DNA from: Macrostomum lignano
Taxonomy: Eukaryota
Assembly (NCBI GenBank): GCA_002269645.1
Contig: NIVC01002684.1
Coordinates: forward strand, 1 to 64,000
Reading direction: 5' to 3'
DNA length: 64,000 nucleotides
The notes beneath the pieces are model-generated. The model saw only the letters and a program-made list of their open reading frames with translations. It ran no database searches and was not told the DNA's origin. Positions 1 to 12,715 of this stretch are shown here, piece by piece. How positions within the stretch are numbered: position 1 is the stretch's first letter; the number at the start of each line of letters is the position of its first letter. Both the position numbers and the translations under genes were made by a program.

Positions 1-78
1 GAATTTATTGCTGTATTGAAAATATTGTGCCTAATTTGCGTCAAATCTATTAATTTATATAACTTATCCCACCAACCG

Positions 79-3000
79 GGAGTCATGGCTGCAGCGGTCA
101 CAGAGCAGTTTGACTCGCTGGTGTCTGCTCTGCAGTCAAAGAAGCAGGTGATGCTGAGCCAGCTGGCATCTGAGCAGGAGCACAAGCTCAGGCTCACAGA
201 GACCAGGCGCGCCCAGTGCGCCTCCTCGCTGGCCAAGGCAACTGGATTGCTGCAGCTGTGCGTTGAGCTGCTCAGGGAGACTGAACCGGCCGCCTTCATC
301 GCGGTGAGAAAGCTGAGGCTTGTTGAGGCCAAACTTCAATCTACAGTCTTTATCCACTCCAATCTGCATAAACTACAGTCTTTATCCATTCCAATCTGCA
401 TAAACTACAGTCTTTATCCATTCCAATCTGCATAAACTACAGTCTTTATCCATTCCAATCTGCATAAACTACAGTCTTTATCCACTCCAATCTGCATAAA
501 CTACAGTCTTTATCCACTCCAATCTGCATAAACTACAGTCTTTATCCACTCCTATCTACAGTCTTTATCCACTCCAATCTGCATAAACTACAGTTTTTAT
601 TCACTCCAATCTGCATAAACTACAGTCTTTATCCACTCTTATCTACAGTCTTTATCCACTCCAAACTAGTCTTTATCCATTCCAAACTAGCTCGTAGTCT
701 TTATCCACTCCAGACTAATCTTTATCAATCCAATCACTAATAAACTACAGTCTTTATCTACTCCAATCTGCAGTCTTTATCCACTCCAAACTACAGTCTG
801 CTCCACACTCGAGCTTAGAACGGAACCTCCCACCCCCATCCTCACGCAGGTGTCGGCCGCGATGCAGGACCGGGCGGCCGGCATGCAGCGGAGTCTGCAG
901 CGCCAGACGGAATCGGGCCGAGGGTCAGCGAGCAGTTCGAGATCCGCCTGGACCCGGAACCGGTCCTGGTGGCCATCAACAGTCTGGCGTTCTCCGAGCA
1001 CAAAAGTGAGTTATTGAGCTGTTTCTTAGACTGATGTTGGGATTAGTCTTTGATTTGCAGGTGAGCTAGTCAGTTGATGATTGACAGGTGAGCTAGTCAG
1101 TTGATGATTGATAGGTGTAGTCAGCTGATAATTGACAGGTGAGGTAGTCAGTTGATGATTGACAGGTGAGCTAGTCAGTTGATGATTGACAGGTGAGCTA
1201 GTCAGCTGATGATTGATAGGTGAGGTAGTCAGTTGATGATTGGACAGTTGAGCTAGTCAGTTGATTATTGACAGGTGAGCTAGTCAGCTGATGGTTGACA
1301 GATGAGCTAATCAGCTGATAATTGACAGGTGAGCAAGGTGCTTGAAAATCCTTTTGATAAAGAAAAATGCAGCTGAAACCCTGACTGAACCCGCACACAC
1401 AGACGGGCCAGACCTACCGACTGTCTATCACCAGGCCTCAGCCTGCAGCCAGAAAGGTGTTTATCTCAAAGCACTTTGTCATAATAGAGGGTTTTGTTCT
1501 GCCCCCATTTAGTTAGCATATAAATAATGCGAACCCGTCTGCGGTGCTGTGATCCCAGATAATATTTATTAAGTGGCTTAATGCCTGTTCTACCTGAGCT
1601 GGCTTATCTGTCTCAACTGCTGTGAGCTGCTTTCATTTTCGTTTTTGCGGTTGTGTGAATTTACGTTATTAAATATTATTTTCATTTCATTTTCACCAGC
1701 GGCAAATAATTATTTTCATTTGCCGCTGCATCTGTGCATTGTTGGCCTTTTTTCAGTGTATATCGATACTGTCGTTATGTTGTGATCCTCATTGTTAGTA
1801 ACGTAAATTTTAACACATTCTTTTGCTTTTGCTATTCTTTTCTTATCCAATATGCATCTCAGAAAATTAGTTAGTAATTCTGATCAGTTTGGAAAGTGGA
1901 GTTCTCACTCTGACCTTCGAATATTTTCGATTCAGCAATAATCAGCAACGTCCGAACCATCAACAAGCAACGAAACTCACTCCCTGCCCCTCCAAACCGC
2001 ACTCCGACAGCCACCTCACTCCCTGCCCCTCCAAACCGCTCTCGAAAGCCACCTCACTCCCTGCCCCTCCAAACCGCTCTCCGACAGCCACCTCACTCCC
2101 TGCCCCTCCAAACCGCACTCCGACAGCCACCTCACTCCCTGCCCTCCAAACCGCTCTCCGACAGCCACCTCACTCCCTGCCCCTCCAAACCGCTCTCCGA
2201 CAGCCACCTCACTCCCTGCCCCTCCAAACCGCTCTCCGACAGCCACCTCACTCCCTGCCCCTCCAAACCGCACTCGGACAACCACCTCACTCCCTGCCCC
2301 TCCAAACCGCACTCGGACAACCACCTCACTCCCTGTCCCTCCAAACCGCACTCGGACAACCATCTCACTCCCTGCCCCTCCAAACCACACTCTGACAGTC
2401 ACTTCACTCCCTGCCCCTACTGCACACTCCGACAGCCACCCCCTGCCACTCTAAATTTAATGCTCTAGATGGAAAAGGTATATCCACTATATACTAAATT
2501 TTTTCCATCGTCTCATCTCTTCGATAGATACAACAGTAATAAATTGAATTTCTTACAACCTGCCCATTTCGCCAGCTCCCTCCCAGCCGGTCATTCTGAA
2601 AGGCGAGTGCAAGTCGGAGAACAACACTCTTACAATCGCTTGTCGGCTGGTCGCTCTGGCCCGACGCCCGAAGCTTTTAGTCTGGAAATTGACGACGGAA
2701 GAGGTAGTGGATTCAAGGTGAGATACGCTTTGGAAGTTTAGAAGACGGAGAGGGGCTGATTCCAGGGGATTCCTATGGTTGGGGTTCGCTTATAGTCAGG
2801 AAAATCTTCAAAATCCACCACAGCGCTGCTACCGCGGCCCAGATTCGGCCTGCTGCGTGCAGTCGCTTCGATTTGACGCCGTCTACCAGGCCCGGGTTCG
2901 AGCTCACGGCCCTACAGGTGACTCAGCCTACAGCGACTTTGTCCGGCTGCGCACTGCCGCCCGGGCTAGCTTCCAGTTCTGCCCGGATGCCTCTCACCGC

Positions 3001-3994
3001 GACCTGGTGTTCACCAACCGCGGCTGCACCGCCACCGCCTCAGTCCTGGACGATCGGGTCGCGCTCTGCTCGGCGGGGCTGTCCGCGGCCAGCACTACTG
3101 GAGTTTTCGTGGACCGCTACGACGACAAAGGCGATCCGGCGTTCGGCGTTGCTAGGATCGACTGTCGCAAGGACGAGAAGCTCGGTGGGTCTTGGACAGC
3201 ATCCTCTTCTCTCCCAGCCCGACGGAGTCATGTACATTGCAGGAAACACCAGTTATGCTTTTAACTACTCTTATGCCCTTCACACTGCTACTACTGCACT
3301 GCACACTCCGACAGCCACCTCACTCCCTGCCCCCCCAGGTTCCATACCGCACACTCCGACAGCCACCTCACTCCCTGCCCCCCCAGGTTCCAAACCGCAC
3401 ACTCCGACAGCCACCTCACTCCCTCCCCCCCCCCAGGTTCCAAACAGCACACTCCGACAGCCACCTCACTCCCTGCTGCCCCCAGGTTCCAAACCGCACA
3501 CTCCGACAGCCACCTCACTCCCTGCCCCCAGGTTCCAAACCGCACACTCCGACAGCCACCTCACTCCCTGCCCCCTAAACTAAAAACTCCGACTTTTGCC
3601 TTCCTTTGTAATCTAAGGCATACATGTACATCATACTCCCAATCAGTGTTAAAACTAACTACGCTGGTACGCTGCCCCCCCTGGACAGGCCGCGACCACA
3701 AAGCCTGGTGCATGTACATAGACTTCAAGCGCAGCTGGTTCCTACACAGCGGCGAACACTTCGAGCGCACTGACGGCGGAATCGCACGCGGTGCGACCGT
3801 CGGCGTCCGTCTGGACTGCGACAGGGGCACGCTGAGCTACTATCTGAACGGGGCGCGCGCACGGCCCAGTGGCTTTCACCAACCTGACTGGCACTCTCTA
3901 CCCGGCCGTCAGCCTCAGTCGCAGCACGCAGGTGACGCTCAACGCTGGCCTTGAGGTGCCGCACGACCTGTCTGAGGATGAAAGTGACGAGTGA
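79..3994 (+). CDS. TRIM9: TRIM9/TRIM67-like E3 ubiquitin ligase, 3' half (coiled coil, COS, FN3, SPRY); multiple 1-bp frameshifts
   Basis: Exons ~79-303, 850-1005, 2576-2717, 2824-3184 and 3689-3994, with GT-AG boundaries except the unresolved 5' edge of the first. Peptides: [45 protein letters not shown] (coiled coil), [12 protein letters not shown] (COS), [31 protein letters not shown] (FN3), [49 protein letters not shown] (SPRY). The order and motifs match TRIM9. About 6 single-base indels must be corrected. RING and B-box exons would lie upstream of the window. Confidence 0.85.
338..796. repeat. 32-bp intronic minisatellite (CTACAGTCTTTATCCACTCCAATCTGCATAAA)
   Basis: Tandem copies, degenerating at the 3' end, fill TRIM intron 304-849. 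Confidence 0.9.
1058..1335. repeat. 27-bp intronic minisatellite (GACAGGTGAGCTAGTCAGTTGATGATT)
   Basis: About 10 tandem copies in TRIM intron 1006-2575. Confidence 0.9.
1976..2450. repeat. 39-bp C-rich intronic minisatellite
   Basis: Unit CTCACTCCCTGCCCCTCCAAACCGCACTCCGACAGCCAC. It explains the spurious ORFs at 1889-2402. Confidence 0.9.
3301..3575. repeat. ~47-bp variant of the same C-rich minisatellite in a later TRIM intron
   Basis: Shares CACTCCGACAGCCACCTCACTCCCTGCCCC with the 1976-2450 array, with an added CCAGGTT segment. Confidence 0.9.
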
Positions 3995-5526
3995 TAGGAT
4001 TTCCCGATATCAAATTGTAAGGCTTTTGCACAGTCTGCATGTGCAGCGCGGGGGTTCACCAATCAGAGATGAAAAAATTGAACGGCTGACGGGATTGTTG
4101 TTGACGTCACTAAAACGGAAAAGTCATAAGATTTACTCGCTCCAAGTCTAGTTTAAATTAGGCTCAGTGCTTGTACGTTTTGAGTAACCCAGAAGACAGA
4201 CTGCTCATATCTGCCCATTATTTTCTATGGATTCTGTACAATTCAGTACCGTCACGTCTTCTGTTGCCTGTCATGTTACTGATTGCTGTTATAAATATTT
4301 TCATTGAGCTCTCGCCAAAATCTCCATAGACGACCGGAGCGATCAAAAAGGGGATTTCGCTCCCAGTTGACAGACAGCAGTTGCGCTGCTGAATGTAAAT
4401 ACATTCAATGCACAATATATAATCACTTGCAATGAAATCCCTTCCAGAAATGGGAATAAAATGCCTTTGTTTGTGTTTTATTCCTGCCACCGACCACCTA
4501 CCTGTGCGCAGGCTGAGGGGAACGGGCAAGCTATATCGACGCGGTTACCTGGGAGGAAAATGAAATCGGGATAATCGGGGCCAGCATGGCAAAGGGGTTA
4601 TTGGGAGTATTTTATTACCTGGGCTATTCGCAATATCATCGCATTTTAGCCTTGGGTTGCCTTGGCGACGAGGCCCATGCAGCAGCGCTGCGCCATCAAT
4701 GCTTCATTGCTTGGGCACAGGAGAAAGCTGCATTGGAAAGTGCAGAGACGCTGCATCAAGGCTGGCCCAATTTAAGGTAGAAGCTGATCGACAGAAAAAG
4801 CTACCGGCTCTGTATGAATGCACAGAGATTAGACAGTCAGGGCCGGTGTACACTCTTGGTGCGCTTGTATTGTGCTTGTGTCAGCGGAATTGGCACAATT
4901 GCCTCAGCGCAGGTTTTTTGGGATGATATCGCCGAAGTTCTAAAGTTCCCATATGCATGCAAGTTTAGTTGCATAAATAATTCCAAGTGTTGTTATGCAT
5001 CAGATCAAAATTTAGGTCAAGCTAACCACAGAACGTGAAGCTCACACGAGCGATAGTCACTGAATGGAGAATTGGGAGCTCGGCGGCGGCTTTTTCCGAT
5101 GCAAATTTCATTTGGATGACTCAGTGTCCGGGACTCACAGCACGCTGCGCACATGACTTGCGCAATCCGGGCGGATCATCCCGTCAGACATTCGGCTTGC
5201 GTGAATGGAGATTTGAACTCGAGTTATCCTCAACAGCCTGTATCCTCAACAGACTATCGTTTTACCAACGATTAGCTATGGTTTGCCCCCGAGAATTATC
5301 CCCCATGTGTACAATGACGTGAGCAGCTATACAGCAAGCTTTGCGACTCAAAGTAATGTTTTGTAGATAATTTTTAGATTGCAAAATTAATTGTGGTAGA
5401 GCTTTGGGAAGATAACTATTTTATTATCTTACAAGCTACTTGCAGTAGCAAGTAGTGTCTTTTGATTCTGTTATAATAGCTCAGATGAAACCTATTGCTA
5501 GCGAGATGCAGTTCGAATTTACTGCG

Positions 5527-6310
5527 GATGGGAAGGGAGCCGATGGGATGGGAAGGGAGCCGATGGATGGGAAGGGAGCCGATGGGATGGAAGGGAGCCG
5601 ATGGGATGGGAAGGGAGCCGATGGGATGGGAAGGGAGCCGATGGGATGGGAAGGGAGCCGATGGGATAGAAAGGGAGCGGATGGGATGGGAAGGGAGCCG
5701 ATGGGATGGGAAGGGAGCGGATGGGATGGAAGAGAGCGCGGATGGGATAGAAAGGGAGCGGATGGATGGGAAGGGAGCCGATGGGATAGAAAGGGAGCGG
5801 ATGGGATGAAAAGGGAGCGGATGGGATGGGAAGGGAGCGGATGGGATGGGAAGGGAGCCGATGGGATAGAAAGGGAGCGGATGGGATGAAAAGGGAGCGG
5901 ATGGGATGGGATGGAGCCGATGGGATGGAATGGAGCCGATGGGATGGGAAGGGAGCGGATGGATAGAAAGGGAGTGGATGGGGTGGAATGGAACCGATGG
6001 GATGGGAAGGGAGCGGATAGGATGGGAAGGGAGTGGATGGGATGGAATGGAGATGTGAAGGGAGCGGATGGGATGGGAAGGGAGCCAATGGGATTGGATG
6101 GAGCCGATGGATGGGAAGGGAGCGGATGGGATGGAAAGGGAGCGGATGGGATGGTGGGGGCGGTGGGAGCGGATGGGATGGTGGGAGCGGGTGGGATGGT
6201 GGGAGCGGGTGGGATGGTGGGAGCGGGTGGGGTGGTGGGAGCGGGTGGGATGGTGGGAGCGGATGGGATGGTGGGAGCGGGTGGGATGGTGGGAGCGGAT
6301 GGAATGGATT
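5527..6310. repeat. Purine/G-rich degenerate tandem array (~20-bp GATGGGATGGGAAGGGAGCC, then 18-bp GGGATGGTGGGAGCGGGT)
   Basis: Visible periodicity. All overlapping ORFs (5455-6400) are low-complexity translations. Confidence 0.85.
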
Positions 6311-7071
6311 GAAGGCCCAAGAGTTGCTCAACTCAAACAGCCCGAACTCCCTAAAATGTTGGTGAACCAGCTGAGAGGCAGGAGAAAAAGGCCACGCTAG
6401 TACAAAAAATACCGGTACATGTAACTAATTCTGTTCTATCAGTGTGTCCGGTGTTTAACTTTGGTCAAGGCAGTGGGATTTTAGTCCCAAACCAAACGAT
6501 TGATCTGCTGGACAGCGTTGCCTGGGCAACCAACTTCCCGAGTGCAGCTGCAGAGTAATTTTTGTGAACTCATAATCGGTGAGCCATGGGCACAAAGCGT
6601 AGAGTGTTTGACTTTATTAGCAAACATAGCTGGTAGTTGGGTAGCTGCAGCAGAGCCTCTCAGTGCTGGCAATTAGTCAGTCAGTGCGGCGGCCCAGTTC
6701 GCCACACGATACTGTACGATCCACTGATTCCACTCTGTTGCGGAGCACGCATACACTTTATGCAAGTATCGCGTTTTCTTTCTAAATAAAACAGAAATCG
6801 TTTTAAGCTGAAGCTATGCAAACAAAGAAACGCTGTCTGGTTTTTTTGTGTTTTTTTGGGGGGGGATTATTTTTCCTGGGGAAATTAATTTGCTAATTTA
6901 CGTTTTCTGTACGCCCTCGCCTCCGGTCTTCCAATTGGCGACTGGGAGAATCTCCTTCCCTGTCCTTCCTTCCTTCCTTTACTGACCAGAGAGCAGCCTT
7001 GCTATATGTAAGCATCCGGCCTACTGCAGGGGAGCCAACTCAGGCCATTTGGCGTTTTCGACAGCTCGACA

Positions 7072-9346
7072 ATGCAGCCGTCCAGCCCAGGCAAGTCGCG
7101 CCAGTCGCGCCTGGACCTGCTGTACCTGGCCGCTGAGGAGACAACAGCTCACGGACTCAGCCGCACAGTGGGCAACCGGCACCCTGTGGTTCGGGTGCTC
7201 TGGGGCCTGGCCTTCCTCTGCATGCTGGGCGTCTTTCTCAAGCAATTCGTGGACTCCTGCAACCGCCTCTACTCAAAGCCGGTGTCAACCTCAATCGAGC
7301 CGAACACTGTGGATTTCCAGTTCCCGGATGTGCACATCTGCTCCGTGCCCATTGTGTCGGCCAGTTACGCCTCGCTGATGAGCCCGGCAGATCTGAATTT
7401 CACTGTCGAGCTCATGAAGCAGATTGAAAACCGGCTGAAGGCCGCCAATCTCCCAGTGCTGTACCTCGGCGGTCAGCTGTTCACCGGCAGCCTGCCGTAC
7501 AACTTTCTGAGCAGAAACTTCGGCACTCGCAAGGAGCAGTCGGTCATCGGGGCGCTGGTGATGCCAGTGAACACGAATCTGCAGCTCGATGTTGACATTA
7601 TCGACCTGCGGCATCACAAGTACCTGAACTGCTTCACCATGCGGCTGAGGGATCCTTCACTGCACAGCCTGCTGAACAATGTACTGGGCTACCTGGATCT
7701 CAACCTGTACGCCGATGCCAGCTTCAACCAGAGCGAGATTCTGCGCTACTTCAACAACATCATGGACGTCCGCGGACTAAACTTTGACGTCTACGAGGCC
7801 CTGATAGGCTCCGGGTTTCGCATATTTTTCACTCCGCGGGGCTACTACCCAGACGATTACAGCCCGTCAGTGACTGTGAGCCCGGGATTCCAGCATCGGA
7901 TCAGTCTGAGCATGCTCTACACAGAGTTGACTCCGGACAAGGGCCAGTGCGTTCGCGACAGTCCAGATGTTGTGTACCTGGACCAGTTCACCGGACAGCC
8001 CGTCACTTACCACTACGATCTGTCTTGTACGTGTGCAGAGTCACATTGGTGTCTCAAGTCAAGCAAATCGTTAGGAGTTTTATTTGGAATTTGGAATTTT
8101 GGCTTTACAGTTTTGGTACGGATTGCTCACTGTGGGATTCAGAGTTTGGTACGGATTGGACACTAGGATTTAGAGTTTGGTACGGATTGGACACTAGGAT
8201 TTAGAGTTTGGTACGGATTGGACACTGGGATTCAGAGTTTGGTACGGATTGGACACTAGGATTTAGAGTTTGGTACGGATTGGACACTAGGATTCAGAGT
8301 TTGGTACGGATTGGTCACTGGTATTCAGAGTTTGGTACGGATTGGACACTAGGATTCAGAGTTTGGTACGGATTGGTCACTAGGATTCAGAGTTTGGTAC
8401 GGATTGGTCACTGGTATTCAGAGTTTGGTACGGATTGGACACTGGTATTCAGAGTTTGGTACGGATTGGACACTGGTATTCAGAGTTTGGTACGGATTGG
8501 ACACTAGGATTCAGAGTTTGGTACGGATTGGACACTGATATTCACTTTAACTTTCGCTTTCACGCAGCTTGCTACGCCCAGTTTATGAACGAGATGTTCA
8601 AGAATGAATTTGGCTGCTTCCTGCCCGGCTACTCGCCCATCCTGTACGAAAACCGGGAACTGCGCTTGTGCAGCAACCTGGCCTACATTGACTCCAACGC
8701 CACCGGTCAGTCAAGGAGTGGAAAGCTGAATTTCCTCTACGGCTTCACCAACGGCACCTTCACGGAGCAGCTGGTTGGCAGCATGCACAAGATGATGGAG
8801 CGCTGCCGGCAGAGGCAGTCCTGCCAGGAGGCCAAGTACGTGTCCAGCCTGAGCTCCATTCGATTCCCGCTCAGTCAGGCCGTCAACAATGAGCTGATCA
8901 ACACTTTCCGTACGCTGAACGGCCACCGAATCGCGAACAACTACTCCATCCCCGGCCGGATGTGGATGCAGCGCCTGTTTGAGTCTGGCGTCAATTCCAC
9001 AGCGTCCAGCGCCACTTCGCTTGAGTACGTGCAGGCGGTGGAGGAGAACATTGTCCGGGTGCAGATCCACGCGGGCGAGCTCACGTCCACCTTGTACAGT
9101 CAGCAGATATCCTACCTGCCCAGCGACCTGTTAGCCGGAGTTGGCGGTCTCATGGGTCTCTACATGGGCTGCAGTGTGCTCACCCTGATGGAGCTTCTCG
9201 AACTGCTAGCCGTGCTCATCTACGGGCGTCGTCTTGTCACCGAACCGTCAGCCGTGACCGATCAGAGTCAGCAGCAGTCGCAGCAGCAGCTCAGCGGGCA
9301 GTCGGGCAGTAAAAGCGACAGTAAGATTGAGCTGGTCACGTTTTAA
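7072..9346 (+). CDS. DEG/ENaC (ASIC/FaNaC-like) sodium channel subunit 1, 577 aa
   Basis: Exons 7072-8026 and 8568-9346 (phase-1 intron GTACGT..CACGCAG; 1734 nt, in frame). Motifs: pre-TM1 ETTAHGL (HG), TM1 VLWGLAFLCMLGVFL, FPDVHIC, GFRIFF..PGF, thumb cysteines, TM2 LLAGVGGLMGLYMGCSVLTLMELLE. A probable short 5'UTR intron lies at 7008-7064. Confidence 0.9.
8100..8537. repeat. 31-bp intronic minisatellite (TTCAGAGTTTGGTACGGATTGGACACTAGGA)
   Basis: About 14 copies fill the channel-1 intron. Confidence 0.9.
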
Positions 9347-9667
9347 CTACCAGAAGCGAGCAAGAATGCAAGCCCAAACGCTCATTTATTTTTATTTCAA
9401 AACAGAAAATTTAAGCATTGAGAAAGTAGAAATTCAGGCCTTACCAAAGGAATTGTTCAATAAAGTTTTGTCGCCACAAATCAGGCTTTGAAGCTACTTA
9501 GTAAGTAGATATTGAAGCACAGGACTTTTGACTGTTAAGTTATCAGTAATGCCATTAGCAGGGCGGAATTCAGTGGTAAACTTTTTGTTTTTTTGCATTC
9601 AATATTGACCGTTTCTATGTTTAACTTGTAGTCTAAATTTTTCGATTCTTTACTTAGCTGTGTTTCA

Positions 9668-11250
9668 CTCTACTCTGCTCTGTTTTACTCTGTTCCACTC
9701 TACTCTACTCTGTTCAACTCTACTCTGTTCCACTCTACTCTACTCTTTTCAACTGAAATAGTATGGGTTTTCTCGGGGTGGCCTGGTAGGTCTTTGAATC
9801 CCACCGCTGCCACCAGTGAAGTACAATGGGTTTTCTTCCCGGTTTAGGCGCTTAAGATTACCTTAAGACTCGAGCCTCTTCAGTGGGAAATTCTCTCAAC
9901 TCTCAGTAGCGTAGGTAGTGCTGCCACCAGTTCCTTCAGGTCTCGGCCTTCGGTGAGGTGAGCTTCCCGTCGGAACGAAATTAACGAAGTCAACGAACAC
10001 AGCACAGCGTGCAGCTTTGCAGCCCAACGTACTAGGCGTCTCGTCAGCAGTTCCAGCCGGGCTAGGATGGAAAAAGGGGGCTGAGTTAGCCTCTCGTTCG
10101 GGCTGGCTTGGTCGGGTCTCAGACAGACCAATAAGAACGGATTCAATAAACGCAGTCGGGCGCTCAGTTCAGACGCACACGGGTCTTAGAGCTCGGGAAT
10201 CAAGAACTCCTTGACGGAGACAAGGGGGAGAGAGCTCCTATTTATAGCCGGGAAACACCCGCGCACAAGAACTCGTGACTTGTTCTATTTTTAGAACTGA
10301 CGTCACTCGAGAGTCTTGGGCAGGGTACAAGCGTGCGGAAGACCTCGTGACTTGTTCTATTTTTAGAACTGACGTCACTTGAGGTCCCCGGCCAGTGTAC
10401 ACGCAGCTGTGACTCAGTTGCTATTTTTAGCAACATGAGTCACTCCTCTCCTTAGAGAAGGGAGGGGTCCGAAAGCACGTGACTCACCCGGTAAACAGGG
10501 GCAGCGAGTGCAGTAAACATGTTTACTGCACTTTAAGACTCAAAGAACGCAAGAACTGTCATGTGAATTGCTCACATGACAGAGGAAGACAGGACGGAAG
10601 CGAAACAGAGACAGCCCACAGTCGAGAGACTGAGGGCTGAGAACGGAAACGCAGCAGGGCGGAAAGGACACGGGGCAACAGGCAAGCGAAAGGAGGGCGG
10701 GAAGCTGACCAGCGGCAGACAGCAACCCAAAGGGAGGGCAAGGGAACGGCTGACAAGGGCGACGCCTAACCATAAACTAGCGGCTCACTACACAACTCTA
10801 CTCTACTCTGTTCCACTCTACTCTACTCTGTTCAACTCTACTCTGTTCCACTCTACTCTATTCTTTTCAACTCTACTCTACTCTGTTCTACTCTACTCTA
10901 CTCTGTTCCACTCTACTCTACTCTGTTTCACTCGGTTCCACTCTACTCTACTCTGTTTCACTCTGTTCCACTCTACTCTACTCTGTTCCACTCTACTCTA
11001 CTCTGTTTCACTCTGTTCCACTCTACTTTACTCTGTTCCACTCTACTCTACTCTGTTCTACTCTACTCTGTTCCACTCTACTCTACTCTGTTTCACTCTG
11101 TTCCACTCTACTCTACTCTGTTCAACTCTACTCTGTTCCACTCTACTCTACTTTGTTCCACTCTACTCTACTCTGTTCCACTCTACTTTACTCTACTCTA
11201 CTCTGTTCTACTCTGTTATACTATGCTATACTCTACTCTACTTTAATCTA
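9668..11250. repeat. (CTCTA/CTCTGTTC)n pentamer-type microsatellite interrupted by the LTR
   Basis: Arms at 9668-9753 and 10793-11250. Confidence 0.85.
9754..10792 (-). mobile_element. Solo LTR (1039 bp, TG...CA) with 4-bp TSD CAAC, probably Ty3/Gypsy
   Basis: Termini TGAAATAG...CACTACA are flanked by CAAC at 9750-9753 and 10793-10796. It splits a (CTCTA)n microsatellite. A TATA box (TATAAATA) lies on the minus strand near 10240, with duplicated enhancer-like blocks at 10272-10447. Orientation is inferred from the TATA/enhancer order. Confidence 0.8.
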
Positions 11251-11476
11251 CTCCACTTAGCACATGCTTAAACGAAGACGGGCAGGAAAAAATGTGTTTT
11301 TTCTAATAGTTCGTTTGTTATAGTTTCACTCGTGGCATAAAATGTTGACACAGTCCAATGTGAGTACTGTGGACTTTTCCTCGTAAAGCAAAACAAATAT
11401 CTTAAATTTGTAATTCTGGCAATGACTGCTCTTGCAAGCTTTTCTTGCTGATCGCTTAAGTACTGAATAAAATATT

Positions 11477-12395
11477 GACTAAATAAACGCAATTGACTAA
11501 ATGACTAAATAAACGCAATTGACTAAATGACTAAATAAACGCAATTGACTAAATGACTAAATAAACGCAATTGACTAAATGACTAAATAAACGCAATTGA
11601 CTAAATGACTAAATAAACGCAATTGACTAAATGACTAAATAAACGCAATTGACTAAATGACTAAATAAACGCAATTGACTAAATGACTAAATAAACGCAA
11701 TTGACTAAATGACTAAATAAACGCAATTGACTAAATGACTAAATAAACGCAATTGACTAAATGACTAAATAAACGCAATTGACTAAATGACTAAATAAAC
11801 GTAATTGACTAAATGACTAAATAAACGTAATTGACTAAATGACTAAATAAACGCAATTGACTAAATGACTAAATAAACGCAATTGACTAAATGACTAAAT
11901 AAACGCAATTGACTAAATGACTAAATAAACGCAATTGACTAAATGACTAAATAAACGTAATTGACTAAATGACTAAATAAACGCAATTGACTAAATGACT
12001 AAATAAACGCAATTGACTAAATGACTAAATAAACGTAATTGACTAAATGACTAAATAAACGTAATTGACTAAATGACTAAATAAACGCAATTGACTAAAT
12101 GACTAAATAAACGCAATTGACTAAATGACTAAATAAACGCAATTGACTAAATGACTAAATAAACGTAATTGACTAAATGACTAAATAAACGCAATTGACT
12201 AAATGACTAAATAAACGCAATTGACTAAATGACTAAATAAACGCAATTGACTAAATGACTAAATAAACGCAATTGACTAAATGACTAAATAAACGCAATT
12301 GACTAAATGACTAAATAAACGTAATTGACTAAATGACTAAATACACGCAATTGACTAAATGACTAAATAAACGTAATTGACTAAATGACTAAATA
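11477..12395. repeat. 26-bp AT-rich minisatellite (TTGACTAAATGACTAAATAAACGCAA)
   Basis: About 35 near-identical copies with a single C/T polymorphic site. Confidence 0.95.
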
Positions 12396-12499
12396 AATAT
12401 AAATGCCTTAAAACAGTATCAGATGTTACTGGATCTTACTGGATTGTATGACAGATAGTAAAACTGTGTAGAGAACAACGTAGAACTTAGTAGACACGC

Positions 12500-12715
12500 G
12501 TAGAACAGGGCAGAACAGAGTAGAACAGAGTAGAGTAGACTAGAGTAGACTAGAGTAGAATAGAGTAGAACAGAGTAGAGTAGACTAGAGTAGACTAGAG
12601 TAGAATAGAGTATAGAACAGAGTAGAGTAGACTAGAGTAGACTAGAGTAGAATTTTACGGAGTAGAAAAGCGTAGAACGGTGAAGAATAGAATAGAGTAG
12701 AACAGAATTCAGAGT
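12500..12715. repeat. (TAGAG/GAACAGAG)n array, reverse complement of the 9668-11250 array
   Basis: GAACAGAGTAGAGT is the exact reverse complement of ACTCTACTCTGTTC. Confidence 0.8.

Noticed and set aside
1889-2402. Pro/Ser/Thr-rich ORFs, and similar repeat ORFs at 5455-6400, 14045-15714, 20505-21544, 23086-23497, 24158-25152, 55109-55793, 56071-56417, 61537-62158 and 63351-63988
   Set aside because: They are translations of intronic or intergenic tandem arrays, open in several frames and on both strands, with no start context or domain signal.
4530-5340. Possible TIR element (GGGATAAT..CGGGGC motifs in inverted orientation)
   Set aside because: The similarity is short and gapped, with no defined termini or TSD.
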